A stretch of DNA of 64,000 nt from Deltaproteobacteria bacterium. GTDB lineage: Bacteria > Desulfobacterota > Binatia > UBA1149 > SPBQ01. Of the stretch, positions 9,054-18,840 are shown piece by piece. The position numbers and the translations under genes were made by a program. Position 1 is the stretch's first letter. Each line of letters opens with the position of its first letter. Below the pieces are notes generated by a model. It was not told the origin of the DNA, searched no databases, and saw nothing but the letters and a program-made list of their open reading frames with translations. Location of the stretch: contig JAJCZM010000008.1 in NCBI GenBank assembly GCA_029262375.1, forward strand, positions 129,291 to 193,290, written 5' to 3'.

Positions 9054-11324
9054 CTAGCGAGTGCCCGTGGCGCCTGTGGCAGGCTTGGCAGGTTTAGCTG
9101 GACTGGCCGGCTTGCCTCCCATGGCCCCCACGGGTCGTGCGCTCATACTCAGCGTGACCGTGTGCACGTCCATCGGAACGATCTCGTCTTCAATGACCTG
9201 GACGAGGTCGAAATCGACTTGGTGCGGGCCTCGGCGCGCCGGCCCGACGAGGTACGCTTGGCTGGCAACGCGCTCACCGGGCGGCACATCGACGTACAGT
9301 GGTGAGAGCTGCGTGAGCGTTTCACGACCGGTAGCCGCATCGCGGAATGTTGCCCGAAGCTGGACCAGCCCTGAAGTGTCTGGGTCTAGTCCGGGCCAAC
9401 CAACTGCGCTGTTGTTTGTTACGGTCAGGCTGGCGCGAAACGGCAAGCCGAAGTCGCCCCAGAATAGGTAGCTACCAAGCGTTCCGACTCGCAGAGTGCC
9501 CGCGCTATTGGCGCCCAGTGATTCACGACTCAGTCCGGTAATCGTACGAGGCGCTGAAGTCTCGTCGCGAAGATCGGCCAGCCACATTCCCGCCGAATCG
9601 CGGTTGGCGACTTCATAGATCGTCGTGTTGGTTGCTTCGTTGACGACGCGCAACGTTCCGTCTTCGACTCGCGATGCCCAGCGTGACGCGTCTGGGTCAA
9701 AAGGTCTGCTATGGCGTACGATCCACCTCAAGTCTGCAAATCGGACCAAGTGTTCTATGCGCTCCGGATGCGGCACTCCCTGAGCCAACTCTTGTAAGAA
9801 GCGATAGGCGCGCGGGCGGTACGCTGTGAACCCATTGAGTGTTCGTTTCCAATGGAGCGTGCTCAAAAGCGCGTAACGACTCTCCCAGCCGCTGATGTCG
9901 GCGTGCGGTGCATTCCAAGGCAAACTCAGAACGCTGCCCGCTGGAAGCTGCGCGATCCGCTCGTACGGCTCACGCTCGTTCTCGGTCCACGCTTCGGCGG
10001 CAGGAATCTTCACAGGTACTCCGTTCGGAACGGCGTAGATCACCAGCGCGGTGATCGTCGGTGCAAGCAAGCTCATGCGTTGCCCTACGGCTCTCGCAAG
10101 AACATCGGTCAGGCCTGCAAGTGCGATTCCTGCGAGAGGGGGTAGCGCAACGCCGATCACGATTGCCCAGCGAATGGGGAAACGGAGGTTCTCGTAGCCC
10201 GGCACCCAGCGTGCCGCCCACCCACCCGGCATCGTGACGAGTGTGCCGCCAATCATGGCCTTCCATCCGAAACACAGAAGTGCGCAGCCTACAGCGATCG
10301 CCAGCAATGCGACCGCGAACGAAAGAATCTCGCGTCGATCGACCGTGGGGTTCGAGCTCCGGGAAAGAAGTGGGGCGATGGGCGCCAAGAGAAACACGAC
10401 GATCGGAATGCTGTAGTTGACGACTGTCCTCGGTGTGCCCGTCAGCGAAAGCAGCGATTCCGGGAGCAGCGCAGGCCAAAGTGCGTCCCAGGGAGTAGAT
10501 TGGAGTACGGCTGCCGTCTGCGCCAATCCGTCGTTCGATTCGCGCAATAGATACGGAACTGCACTGAGGACGAACACGCCGTAAGGGATTCCGCAGCCTA
10601 GTGTTACCGAGCGTACGCCCCTCCATGTCGTCCGTCGCATGGCGATGAACGTGATCGCCAGTACCGCTAGGCTGAACGTGAGAAAGTACGCCAGGTAAAA
10701 CGACGTGAGAACTTGCAGCCCAACGACGAGCGCCAACAGCGCGACGCCGCGGCCCGAAAGCGCGCCACTCAGCGCGCGACCGAATAGCAGCCAGATCAGT
10801 GGGAACCAATGCGCGCTCAAGAGCTGGATGTGCGAGAACTCCATCCATCGCCAGGGCATGAGTATTGCTGCGAGCGCAGCGACGAAGGCCGGAAGCGGTA
10901 CCCGGACCAGCGCAAACGTCAGAACGAAAGTGGTCCACCCCATGAGCACGGTCGAGAGCATGAGGCCGATCTGATGAACGTCGACCGCGCTACGCGCCAA
11001 TGGCGCGAACGGCCAAGTCTGCAAAGCCATCCCTATCAAATGCTCGGAACCGGCAAGCGCGTTGCGCGCCGGATAGAATGTGTTGCCGTCGAAAAGCGCT
11101 CGCGGTTCATGCACGAGTGCGCGCTGAACCCATGCGATGATCCAACTGTTGAGGCGGGCATCCTGGGTCTCGATCGAGCCGAGCCTTGCGCCGTGATAGG
11201 CGCCGTAGTCCACGAAGCAATCGCCGGGGCAGGCGAGTATGTTCTGGAAAAGCCAGGCTGTAACGATCAGGCTGAACACGCCGCCAAGCGCGATCCATAG
11301 TAGTTGCCGTCGCATCCTGGGCAC
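9054..11324 (-). CDS. Large polytopic membrane protein with soluble C-terminal domain (GT-C-like; family not recognised with certainty)
   Basis: 756-aa ORF. The N-terminal ~480 aa has many TM helices and the loop LFDGNTFYPARNALAGSEHL. The C-terminal ~270 aa is soluble and ends in a KPA-rich tail (PAKPAKPATGATG). Confidence 0.55.
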   Translation of the reverse strand: MPRMRRQLLWIALGGVFSLIVTAWLFQNILACPGDCFVDYGAYHGARLGSIETQDARLNSWIIAWVQRALVHEPRALFDGNTFYPARNALAGSEHLIGMALQTWPFAPLARSAVDVHQIGLMLSTVLMGWTTFVLTFALVRVPLPAFVAALAAILMPWRWMEFSHIQLLSAHWFPLIWLLFGRALSGALSGRGVALLALVVGLQVLTSFYLAYFLTFSLAVLAITFIAMRRTTWRGVRSVTLGCGIPYGVFVLSAVPYLLRESNDGLAQTAAVLQSTPWDALWPALLPESLLSLTGTPRTVVNYSIPIVVFLLAPIAPLLSRSSNPTVDRREILSFAVALLAIAVGCALLCFGWKAMIGGTLVTMPGGWAARWVPGYENLRFPIRWAIVIGVALPPLAGIALAGLTDVLARAVGQRMSLLAPTITALVIYAVPNGVPVKIPAAEAWTENEREPYERIAQLPAGSVLSLPWNAPHADISGWESRYALLSTLHWKRTLNGFTAYRPRAYRFLQELAQGVPHPERIEHLVRFADLRWIVRHSRPFDPDASRWASRVEDGTLRVVNEATNTTIYEVANRDSAGMWLADLRDETSAPRTITGLSRESLGANSAGTLRVGTLGSYLFWGDFGLPFRASLTVTNNSAVGWPGLDPDTSGLVQLRATFRDAATGRETLTQLSPLYVDVPPGERVASQAYLVGPARRGPHQVDFDLVQVIEDEIVPMDVHTVTLSMSARPVGAMGGKPASPAKPAKPATGATGTR

Positions 11325-11461
11325 GATTACGAGTACTATCTTGGAAGTCTAGTGCAGAGCTAAGCAGCCGATCCCGTTCCGACTTGCCGTACAGGCGCGC
11401 ATGACTCGCCCTGATTCCAACCGAATCCCGGCTGCAGTACGGCCTCCCAACAGGCATAATC

Positions 11462-13159
11462 ATGCGAAGACGTAGGCCGCCCTCGCAGCCCCTACGGCGA
11501 CTCGGCACCAAAATGATAGAGCGTTCTACGACATGGCCGGGTCTGATCCTGGCTGCCCTCGCGGCCGCCGTAAGTGCGCTCCTGTACGACCGCACCTTCA
11601 TCCTGATCGACGAAGGCCACATCGCCACCATCGCCGCACGCATACTAGACGGTCAGGTCCTGTACCGAGACGTACAGACTGGTATCTTCCCCGGCGTTTA
11701 CTATCTGACTGCCGCTCTGTTCGGCCTGTTCGGCGAAGACATCGTCGTTACGAGAATCGCTCAGGTCGGCGTCAACATCGCCACCGTACTCGTGTTGTGG
11801 CGATTGGGGCTGCGCGCGGTTTCAGCGCGGTGGGCGCTCGTGGCTCCGCTCATCTACATCGCGATGATCCCGTTGGGATTTCCGGTCTATGTCATGTTCG
11901 CGTACTCGGGCATCGCACTCCTGTTCGGACTCGCGGCGTTGCTCGCGACGTTTCGCTACCTCGAAGACGGCGACCGACGCAACTGCTTCGTTGCCGGCGT
12001 GTTGCTCGCGCTGTGTGCGCTCACGAAACAGAACTACGGCGCGTTGTTCGGGGTTGGCATCGCGTTCGCACTACTTTGGGCCAGACCCGTTTCTGCGGTT
12101 GCCCAAGCATCGCTCGTGCGAATCTTCGCCCCGATCGTAGTTGGCGGTGCGTTGACGACCGTGGCCGGCCTGCTGCCATTGATTGTCGCCGGTGCGGGTC
12201 CGCGGCTCATTCAGTATTCGCTGCTCACGATCTTCGACTCGCAGCTCACCGCCTTCGACCAACCGCTGCCCACTATCTTCGGCAGTCTGCCGATGTCCGA
12301 CGGTCGCTGGGCGTTTCTTTACGCTCCCGGGATCCTCTTCAACTACTTGATTCGCGGCGAGCCTTTTCTATCGATTCCCGTCACCCAAGGACTTCGCGAG
12401 TTGGCACTACGCCTCGGGTACGGATTCGCCATGGCGCCGCTGTTCCTCGCACCGCTCATGCGTGCGGGTTCGCGCTACGAACAGCGCGTCCTCGACCAAC
12501 GACTCACCGACGCCGTCGTCGTAACCGGCGTTGTCTCGTTCCTGGGAATTTTCCCGTCGGCAATATGGTCGCACCTCGTCGCCGTGCTGCCGCCGCTGCT
12601 ACTGCTAGGCGCCGTCGTTGGACAAACACTGTGCGCACGCACGACCTCCAATGTTCTGCGTGTAGCGGTCGGTGCGAGCGTGGCCGTGACTACCGCTGCG
12701 TTGTTAGTCGGCGCCGCTGCGGCCGCCGGTGACTTGCGTAAATGGAATTCCGAGCCAATCGGCAATCCTCACGCCTCGCTCAAAATGAACGCGGACTACG
12801 CAAGCGTCCTGCGACAATCGGTAAAGTTCCTCGAAGACTGCGCCGCACCGGGCGAGCCGATCTATGTCGCGCCCGATATCTCGGGACTCTTCTTTCTCGT
12901 CGATCGCCCGAACCCAACGCAGTACGACGTGCTCATTCCAGGCGATATCGACGAACGCGTACTAATCGACCGCCTCAACGAAACGGGAGTACGCTGCATG
13001 GTGTACAACCCGCGTCTCTACATTCACTTCCGAGAGCTCAGCATCCATTTCCCGATGTTCACGTACTTCGCCGAAACCCAGTTCGAGCAGGTCGCGGAAC
13101 TCCGTTCGGGGAACGTTCGCTGGCAAGGCCTACGGCGAATCGAAGAGTCGTCACGCTAG
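11462..13159 (+). CDS. Polytopic membrane protein, putative GT-C glycosyltransferase (paralog of 15652 gene)
   Basis: 565 aa; ATG 11513 (MIERSTTW) is an alternative start. LIDEGHIATIAARILDGQVLYRDVQTGIFPGVYY and TKQNYG are mirrored in the 15652 gene (ILSDEGYLLTQALDMLDGKVLYRDLDAFVVPGIWF, FKQNYG). It has about 10 TM segments and a soluble C-terminal domain. Confidence 0.6.
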   Translation: MRRRRPPSQPLRRLGTKMIERSTTWPGLILAALAAAVSALLYDRTFILIDEGHIATIAARILDGQVLYRDVQTGIFPGVYYLTAALFGLFGEDIVVTRIAQVGVNIATVLVLWRLGLRAVSARWALVAPLIYIAMIPLGFPVYVMFAYSGIALLFGLAALLATFRYLEDGDRRNCFVAGVLLALCALTKQNYGALFGVGIAFALLWARPVSAVAQASLVRIFAPIVVGGALTTVAGLLPLIVAGAGPRLIQYSLLTIFDSQLTAFDQPLPTIFGSLPMSDGRWAFLYAPGILFNYLIRGEPFLSIPVTQGLRELALRLGYGFAMAPLFLAPLMRAGSRYEQRVLDQRLTDAVVVTGVVSFLGIFPSAIWSHLVAVLPPLLLLGAVVGQTLCARTTSNVLRVAVGASVAVTTAALLVGAAAAAGDLRKWNSEPIGNPHASLKMNADYASVLRQSVKFLEDCAAPGEPIYVAPDISGLFFLVDRPNPTQYDVLIPGDIDERVLIDRLNETGVRCMVYNPRLYIHFRELSIHFPMFTYFAETQFEQVAELRSGNVRWQGLRRIEESSR

Positions 13160-13181
13160 GCCGATCGCGATAAGATAAAGT

Positions 13182-14519
13182 ATGACTCTCGTGATGCGCT
13201 CACTCGCCAAACTGTCGATCGGCCTACTCATCGCGGCATCGCTGGCGGGCTGCTTCTCCGAGCACCGCCCTCGGATCTTGCTTCTCGGCATCGACGGCGC
13301 GAATTGGAAGGCGATTACCCCCCTTTTGGAACAGGGGCGACTCCCGAACATCGCACGCCTGACGATCGAGGGCAGCTGGGGGCCGCTTCAGGTACTCCCG
13401 CCGTATCTCTCGCCGCGCGTGTGGACCAGCATCGCGACGGGCAAGGAGCCCAATAGTCACGGAATCCTTGGATGGGTAAAGCCGGAAGGCGAAGGCGGCG
13501 CAAAGCTCTACTACAGCAACGACCGGCAGGGACACGCGCTCTGGAACATCTTCAGCGACGATAAGAAAAGCATCGGCCTGGTCAATTGGCTCGTTACGTA
13601 CCCGCCCGAAGTCGTTCGTGGCGTCGTGGTGTCGGATCACGCGCTATCGGGAGAGTCGAAAGCACGTGCCTGGCTCGGCGCGCTCTTCGCGAACGCGCAA
13701 GGGCGAGAGTTCGATGCAGAAGCCGCCATCGCATCGCCTGCGCAAGCGATCTTTCCTAAAGCCTGGAACGAACGCGTCCTGCATCCACGTCACGCAAAAG
13801 CCAAACTGGCCCGTTACGAGAACTCCTTCGAAGACGAGCGACCGCTACCGGACCGATTCGATCGCGAACGTCTGTCGAGTTTTTTCGAGCGCGATCAAGA
13901 GTTGGTCTCAATCGCACTAGAGATCGACCGCACCGTCGAGCCCGATCTCATGATGCTCCTACTGCAAGGCATCGATCGCGTCTCTCATTCCTTGTGGGCC
14001 TGCATCGACGATCCCGCCGGCTATCCGGACAATTTCAATCCTACGCCGGAAGAGCGCAAGAACTGCCGCGACATGTTGTTGGGCTACTACGAATACACCG
14101 ATGAGCTCATCGGCCGGGTTCTCGATCGCTTTACCGACGAAGACCTCGTCATGGTGATGTCCGATCACGGATTCGAATCGATATTCCGTGGCGCTCTGAC
14201 CGGTGGGCACGACACACCCGATGCATCGCAGGGTGTGATCCTCGCGCGCGGCCCCCGTATCGAAGTCGGACGCCTTCTCTCGCCCAATGAAGTCAGTGTT
14301 TACGACATCGCGCCGACCGTACTCGCATGGGCCGGTAAGCCGGTCGCCCGCGACATGGACGGGAAGGTCGCGCCGTTCCTGATGGTGGATGAAGACAATC
14401 CGCTACTGGAACCGATCGATACCTACGCGATCAATCCGATCACGCGTGTCGGAGACAACACGTCGGGCGGCGAAGCGGTCCTCATGGATCAACTTCAGGC
14501 GTTGGGCTACGTCGACTGA
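13182..14519 (+). CDS. Alkaline-phosphatase-superfamily lipoprotein (type I phosphodiesterase/nucleotide pyrophosphatase-like)
   Basis: Signal peptide with lipobox LIAASLAGC. Motifs: ILLLGIDGANW, PRVWTSIATGKEPNSHGI (the nucleophile/metal region typical of NPP-type enzymes) and VMSDHGF. Confidence 0.75.
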   Translation: MTLVMRSLAKLSIGLLIAASLAGCFSEHRPRILLLGIDGANWKAITPLLEQGRLPNIARLTIEGSWGPLQVLPPYLSPRVWTSIATGKEPNSHGILGWVKPEGEGGAKLYYSNDRQGHALWNIFSDDKKSIGLVNWLVTYPPEVVRGVVVSDHALSGESKARAWLGALFANAQGREFDAEAAIASPAQAIFPKAWNERVLHPRHAKAKLARYENSFEDERPLPDRFDRERLSSFFERDQELVSIALEIDRTVEPDLMMLLLQGIDRVSHSLWACIDDPAGYPDNFNPTPEERKNCRDMLLGYYEYTDELIGRVLDRFTDEDLVMVMSDHGFESIFRGALTGGHDTPDASQGVILARGPRIEVGRLLSPNEVSVYDIAPTVLAWAGKPVARDMDGKVAPFLMVDEDNPLLEPIDTYAINPITRVGDNTSGGEAVLMDQLQALGYVD

Positions 14520-15339
14520 GCATCGCGTAGCGACTGAGTCGGTACGATCTGTAGATGTGGAAAAGATCGACGAGTGCCAGCAGCATGTGATGCGGCCGCA
14601 GTTTCGATCCCTCGACGTCGTGCCATTCGGGCAGGGGCAGTTCGAGTAGCGGCGCCGCTTTCTCTGGATCGTTTCCGTCGCTCCGACCGGATATCAGGCG
14701 CGCGATCAGCTCGACATCGAACACCCACTTGCTCAGAAACGGAGCGCCGAATATTTCACGGATCTCACGACCGGCGCGAAATAGTTTCGCCCCACACTGC
14801 GTGTCGTAAACACCGATCCCCAACATCATCGAAACGATCGTCGCGAAGACGCGGCCGAGGTAGTGACGTTTGGGTTGCCGATCAACGTCGGCCCCCAGAC
14901 GGCGAATGCGACATCCCATCACGCCCAATAGCTCTGGGCGTTCGTCGAGCGCGGCGACGAAATTTGGAACTTCATCGAGGCGCGTGGACAGATCGGCGTC
15001 CCAGTAGCCCACGTATTGCGGCTCGCGCTTCAGAGCATCGACTATGCCCACCCGCACGGCTTCCGCCTTCCCTCGATTGCGATCGAGACTCAGATACGAA
15101 AATGAATCCGGCCGTTCTTCGCAGATTGCGGCGATCATCGTACGGGTCCCGTCGCTACTGCCATCGTCAACGAAAAGAATGCCGACGTCGCGATGCGCAT
15201 CGACATGCGCAAGAAACGCGGCCTTATCCAGGCGTTTCTCTTCGTTGAAGCAGGGGACGACAACGATGGTTTTGAGCTGTTTCATCTGCGAATGCCGACG
15301 GAGAACGTCCGGACGGAGAAGGTCTCGGAGCGCAGTCAT
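14482..15339 (-). CDS. GT2 glycosyltransferase (dolichyl-phosphate glucosyltransferase-like)
   Basis: Motifs: TIVVVPCFNEEKRL, ILFVDDGSSDGT, NRGKAEAVRVG and YWDADLS. The start is uncertain (15339 or ATG 15285). The 3' end overlaps the convergent 13182 gene by 38 nt. Confidence 0.8.
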   Translation of the reverse strand: MTALRDLLRPDVLRRHSQMKQLKTIVVVPCFNEEKRLDKAAFLAHVDAHRDVGILFVDDGSSDGTRTMIAAICEERPDSFSYLSLDRNRGKAEAVRVGIVDALKREPQYVGYWDADLSTRLDEVPNFVAALDERPELLGVMGCRIRRLGADVDRQPKRHYLGRVFATIVSMMLGIGVYDTQCGAKLFRAGREIREIFGAPFLSKWVFDVELIARLISGRSDGNDPEKAAPLLELPLPEWHDVEGSKLRPHHMLLALVDLFHIYRSYRLSRYAMLSRRSPTPEVDP

Positions 15340-15651
15340 AATGCGCCCACAGTCGGGGATCTAGCAACTGCCGGACTGCCGAATAGCCGACCCAATGGGG
15401 AGCGCACCATGCGGGCCCGCGCTGCAACCGCGACGTTCGCCGTTGTACGCCCTAACACCACTACGGTTCTTCCCTCGCTCGGTTTTCCGCCGCCCGGAAA
15501 CCGGCCATACGTGTGCTAGAATTGCGTGTTGGAGCGGCCGCGTGTGTGGTCGCCCCAGGGGGACGACGGCCGACGACGGCGGGCGAAGGCAATCGCACTT
15601 GCCATGTAGCTGCGCAAGGCCGCAGCTTCTTCGCGACCGCCCGCTCGATCC

Positions 15652-17880
15652 ATGACGAACTGGCTTACAACGTTACGCATCGATCGAAAGCGGCTCGCCG
15701 CCTTGTCGATCCTCGCCGTCGTGGTGCTCGCGTATCCGCTTTGCAAACGCGGAATCATTCTTTCGGACGAAGGTTACTTGCTGACACAGGCCTTGGACAT
15801 GCTCGACGGCAAGGTCCTGTATCGCGACCTCGACGCGTTTGTCGTACCGGGAATTTGGTTCCTGCTCGCCGGTTTGTTCTCGGTCGTCGAGCCGACGGTA
15901 TACGCGACACGCCTACTCGCACTCGCCGGCTTCGGTTGTATCGTAGCCACGGTGTACCGCTCGACCGCTCGCACCACTTCACCGGTATACGCAGTCTGCA
16001 CGAGCGTCGCACTTCTCGCCGGTGTCGTTTGGTCGTTCCCGGCGTGGACGTTCGCGTTCTACTCACCGTTCGCGACGTTGTTCGGACTGCTTGGGTTCGA
16101 ACGACTGCTGGCGTGGAACGAGTCGAACAAGCGTCGCGACTTGATTCTCGCCGGCATTTGTTTCGGGCTTTCGATGCTCTTCAAACAAAACTACGGTGTA
16201 TTCGCGACGGTCGGCGGGCTAGCCGCGTATCTTTCTCTCGCACTCGCACGCACTGACCGCGACGCGATCCGGGAACTCCCACGCGATGCTCTCAGTGTAC
16301 TGATCGGTGGATTGCTTCCCGCCGCTGCGTTGCTCGGCTACCTGCTGCACCACGGCGTATTCGACAACGCGTACCATGCGCTCATAGAGCAACCGTTCTC
16401 CGACTTCGCGCAACACCACACGATTCGCTATCTCGGTCCGTCCGACATGCTGGGCAACACGGCGCTCGTTGGTCCTTGGAGACTGACCTACGGGTCGTAT
16501 CCTTTGTCGAATGCGCCTTCGATGAAGCAGCACCCGGCTGAGACGATCCTGTTCGTGAAACGACTTCACGTGCTGCTATACCTCTGGCCGCCATTCGTGT
16601 TCGCGGTTGCCTCGCTACTCGTCGCGACGTCTCGTCGCTGGTACGGCTCGTTGGACCGCACGCTGCTTGCCGCACTGGCGTTCGCCGCAGCTTTCTTTCT
16701 TGGCGTGTTCCCTCGCGCCGATTCGAATCACCTGATGCATGTCTATCAGCCGGTCATCTTGCTGTCCGCGATCGTATTCCATCGTCTCGTCTCAGTGCAG
16801 CCGGTGACCGGACTACGAACCGTCGGAAGGCTGACCGGGATCGCACTGCTGACCAGCTTCTCGCTCGTGGCGCTCCTCTGGTACCGAGACATTCTCGTAG
16901 GACATCGAACACCACTGACAGGACGTGGCGGCGGTGTGACGGTCGACATGTTCTCCGGCGCCATGATCAACCGCGAACTCGAATTGATCGAAGAACAAAC
17001 CAATCCAGGTGAACCTCTGCTCACCGGGCCGGGATTGGCCATGCTCAACTTCTTAGCGGATCGCCCGGTGCCGGGTCGCTACTACAACCTGTACGCCGTC
17101 CACATCGGTCATGACCAAGGACGCGCGGTCGTAGCGGCGGCACGTGAGGCGAACGTACGCACGGCCGTTATCGAGTACAACAACTTCTATTCCGACCCTG
17201 CCGGACTGCGTGACTTTGCTCCGGTGTTGTCGACGTACTTGCGTGATGAGTTCGATATCATTGCGTCGGTCGGCCAGAACCAACACGCGCTGCTACGCCG
17301 TAGCGAGACGCCAAGGTCGGAACTTATGCGGAAGGATTTCCTCGCCGACTGCAACGAAAGCGCGATCCTCGCGGACAACCGCATGATTCGCGAACACACC
17401 ATGTTCCGCAGTGTCTATCTAGGAGTACCTATCGATCCCGCACCGGGCTTCGAGAATCGACTCCGCTGCGGGGTCGACGTGCCGAAAGACGCTCGGTTGC
17501 GATTCCTACTCGACTACACCCGCCCGGCCGAGATCGGGGACGACGCATTGCTGCACGTCCAGATCGTTGCGCAACCCTTAGACGGGGATACCGAGTACGA
17601 CATCGACGGAGATGGGTTCGAGGAATGCACCTTCGCCCGTGGAAATCTGCTGCTCGATAAGGTGATCGTCCCACACCCGGCCGGAGGATGGTCCCTCCCG
17701 CCACCGACCCCGATTGAGGTCGATCTATCGGCACTGGCCGGACAGCGCATAGACATCGACTTGCAGACGTGGGCGGAAGGCAGCATCCGCCGACGCCCGT
17801 TTGTCATGTCCGGACTGGCGGCTATCTGGATGGACCCCGCAATTTACTGGCCGGATCCTGTCGCAACCAACGCGCGATAG
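15652..17880 (+). CDS. Polytopic membrane protein, putative GT-C glycosyltransferase with large C-terminal domain (paralog of 11462 gene)
   Basis: 742 aa. DEG loop at 15766-15774 and the FKQNYG motif. About 12 TM segments followed by a ~300-aa soluble domain. Confidence 0.6.
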   Translation: MTNWLTTLRIDRKRLAALSILAVVVLAYPLCKRGIILSDEGYLLTQALDMLDGKVLYRDLDAFVVPGIWFLLAGLFSVVEPTVYATRLLALAGFGCIVATVYRSTARTTSPVYAVCTSVALLAGVVWSFPAWTFAFYSPFATLFGLLGFERLLAWNESNKRRDLILAGICFGLSMLFKQNYGVFATVGGLAAYLSLALARTDRDAIRELPRDALSVLIGGLLPAAALLGYLLHHGVFDNAYHALIEQPFSDFAQHHTIRYLGPSDMLGNTALVGPWRLTYGSYPLSNAPSMKQHPAETILFVKRLHVLLYLWPPFVFAVASLLVATSRRWYGSLDRTLLAALAFAAAFFLGVFPRADSNHLMHVYQPVILLSAIVFHRLVSVQPVTGLRTVGRLTGIALLTSFSLVALLWYRDILVGHRTPLTGRGGGVTVDMFSGAMINRELELIEEQTNPGEPLLTGPGLAMLNFLADRPVPGRYYNLYAVHIGHDQGRAVVAAAREANVRTAVIEYNNFYSDPAGLRDFAPVLSTYLRDEFDIIASVGQNQHALLRRSETPRSELMRKDFLADCNESAILADNRMIREHTMFRSVYLGVPIDPAPGFENRLRCGVDVPKDARLRFLLDYTRPAEIGDDALLHVQIVAQPLDGDTEYDIDGDGFEECTFARGNLLLDKVIVPHPAGGWSLPPPTPIEVDLSALAGQRIDIDLQTWAEGSIRRRPFVMSGLAAIWMDPAIYWPDPVATNAR

Positions 17881-17946
17881 ACGCTATGGCCCGCATGCGC
17901 GATACGCTACTAAGAGAACATCGCCACTAGGCGATCGACCGGAAGA

Positions 17947-18690
17947 ATGCAGTACAAAGAACTCGCAGAAATGCACGCCGTCGAAGTGGACCACTGGTGG
18001 TTCGCCGGCAAACGCACGCTTTTCAAACGACTGCTACGCGAGCGTTTGGCGAAACCGGGGCTTCGCATTCTCGACGTCGGTTCCGGAACCGGCGCAGTAC
18101 CGCAAGATTTCTCACAGTTCGGTTGGATCTGCGCGACCGACCGTAGCGTCGATGCGATGCGCTTCGCTCAACAGAAAAATGTCACGCGCACAGCCGTCTG
18201 CGACGCGACGGCGTTACCGTTCGCGGACGGGTCGATGGATCTCATCCTCGCGTTCGACATCATCGAGCATGTCGAGGACGACCGCGGCATGGTCGAAGAA
18301 CTGGCACGCGTCCTCAAGCCCGGCGGTGCCGCCGCGATCCATGTTCCGGCGTGGCCGTCGATGTGGAGCCGTCACGACGAAGTGCTCGAGCACAAACGCC
18401 GTTACACGCGACGTGGTCTGCGCGCGCTCCTCGAAGCGAGCACACTGGATATCGAATACCTCGGCTGGGCCAGCGCAGCGATCCTGCCTCCGGCTTTCGC
18501 GTTGCGAAGCGTGCGACGCTCGGACGACTCCGGCGGCCCGAACGACAACGCCGGCAGCGCCGACATCTTCTCGCTGCCCGAGCCACTCAATACGATCGCT
18601 CGCGGCGTCTACCGGGTAGAGGCAGAGATCGCCGCCACCACCGGACTTCCTTTCGGAATGTCGCTGGCAGCCATCGCCCGAAAACCCTGA
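17947..18690 (+). CDS. Class I SAM-dependent methyltransferase
   Basis: Motifs: ILDVGSGTGAVPQDF, DLILAFDIIEHVEDD and LKPGGAAAI. Confidence 0.8.
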   Translation: MQYKELAEMHAVEVDHWWFAGKRTLFKRLLRERLAKPGLRILDVGSGTGAVPQDFSQFGWICATDRSVDAMRFAQQKNVTRTAVCDATALPFADGSMDLILAFDIIEHVEDDRGMVEELARVLKPGGAAAIHVPAWPSMWSRHDEVLEHKRRYTRRGLRALLEASTLDIEYLGWASAAILPPAFALRSVRRSDDSGGPNDNAGSADIFSLPEPLNTIARGVYRVEAEIAATTGLPFGMSLAAIARKP

Positions 18691-18840
18691 CTTCCGCCCC
18701 CTGGCCGATATCGAAGTTACATACGACTGTAAGTTTGCATCTAAGTGTAAGTCGCGATAAAAATCTCCGGGCGGGCCACGCAGGAATCCGCCGAGGTTCC
18801 GCCACGGTCCTCTACAAAGACTTCCGCCAAGAGGTTCTCT

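Noticed and set aside
9061-9120. 9-bp periodicity (GGCAGGCTT GGCAGGTTT ...) that looked like a repeat array
   Set aside because: It is the coding sequence, on the minus strand, of the KPA-rich C-terminal tail of the 756-aa membrane protein. That makes it low-complexity coding DNA rather than a separate element.
9970-10938. 322-aa minus-strand ORF inside the 9054-11324 gene
   Set aside because: It is on the same strand but off-frame relative to a much longer ORF with coherent TM-helix structure. It is Arg-rich with no motifs.
11533-12732. 399-aa plus-strand ORF, extremely Arg/Pro-rich
   Set aside because: It is an alternative frame of the 11462-13159 membrane-protein gene. Its composition (poly-R/P/H) is typical of an off-frame translation of GC-rich coding DNA.
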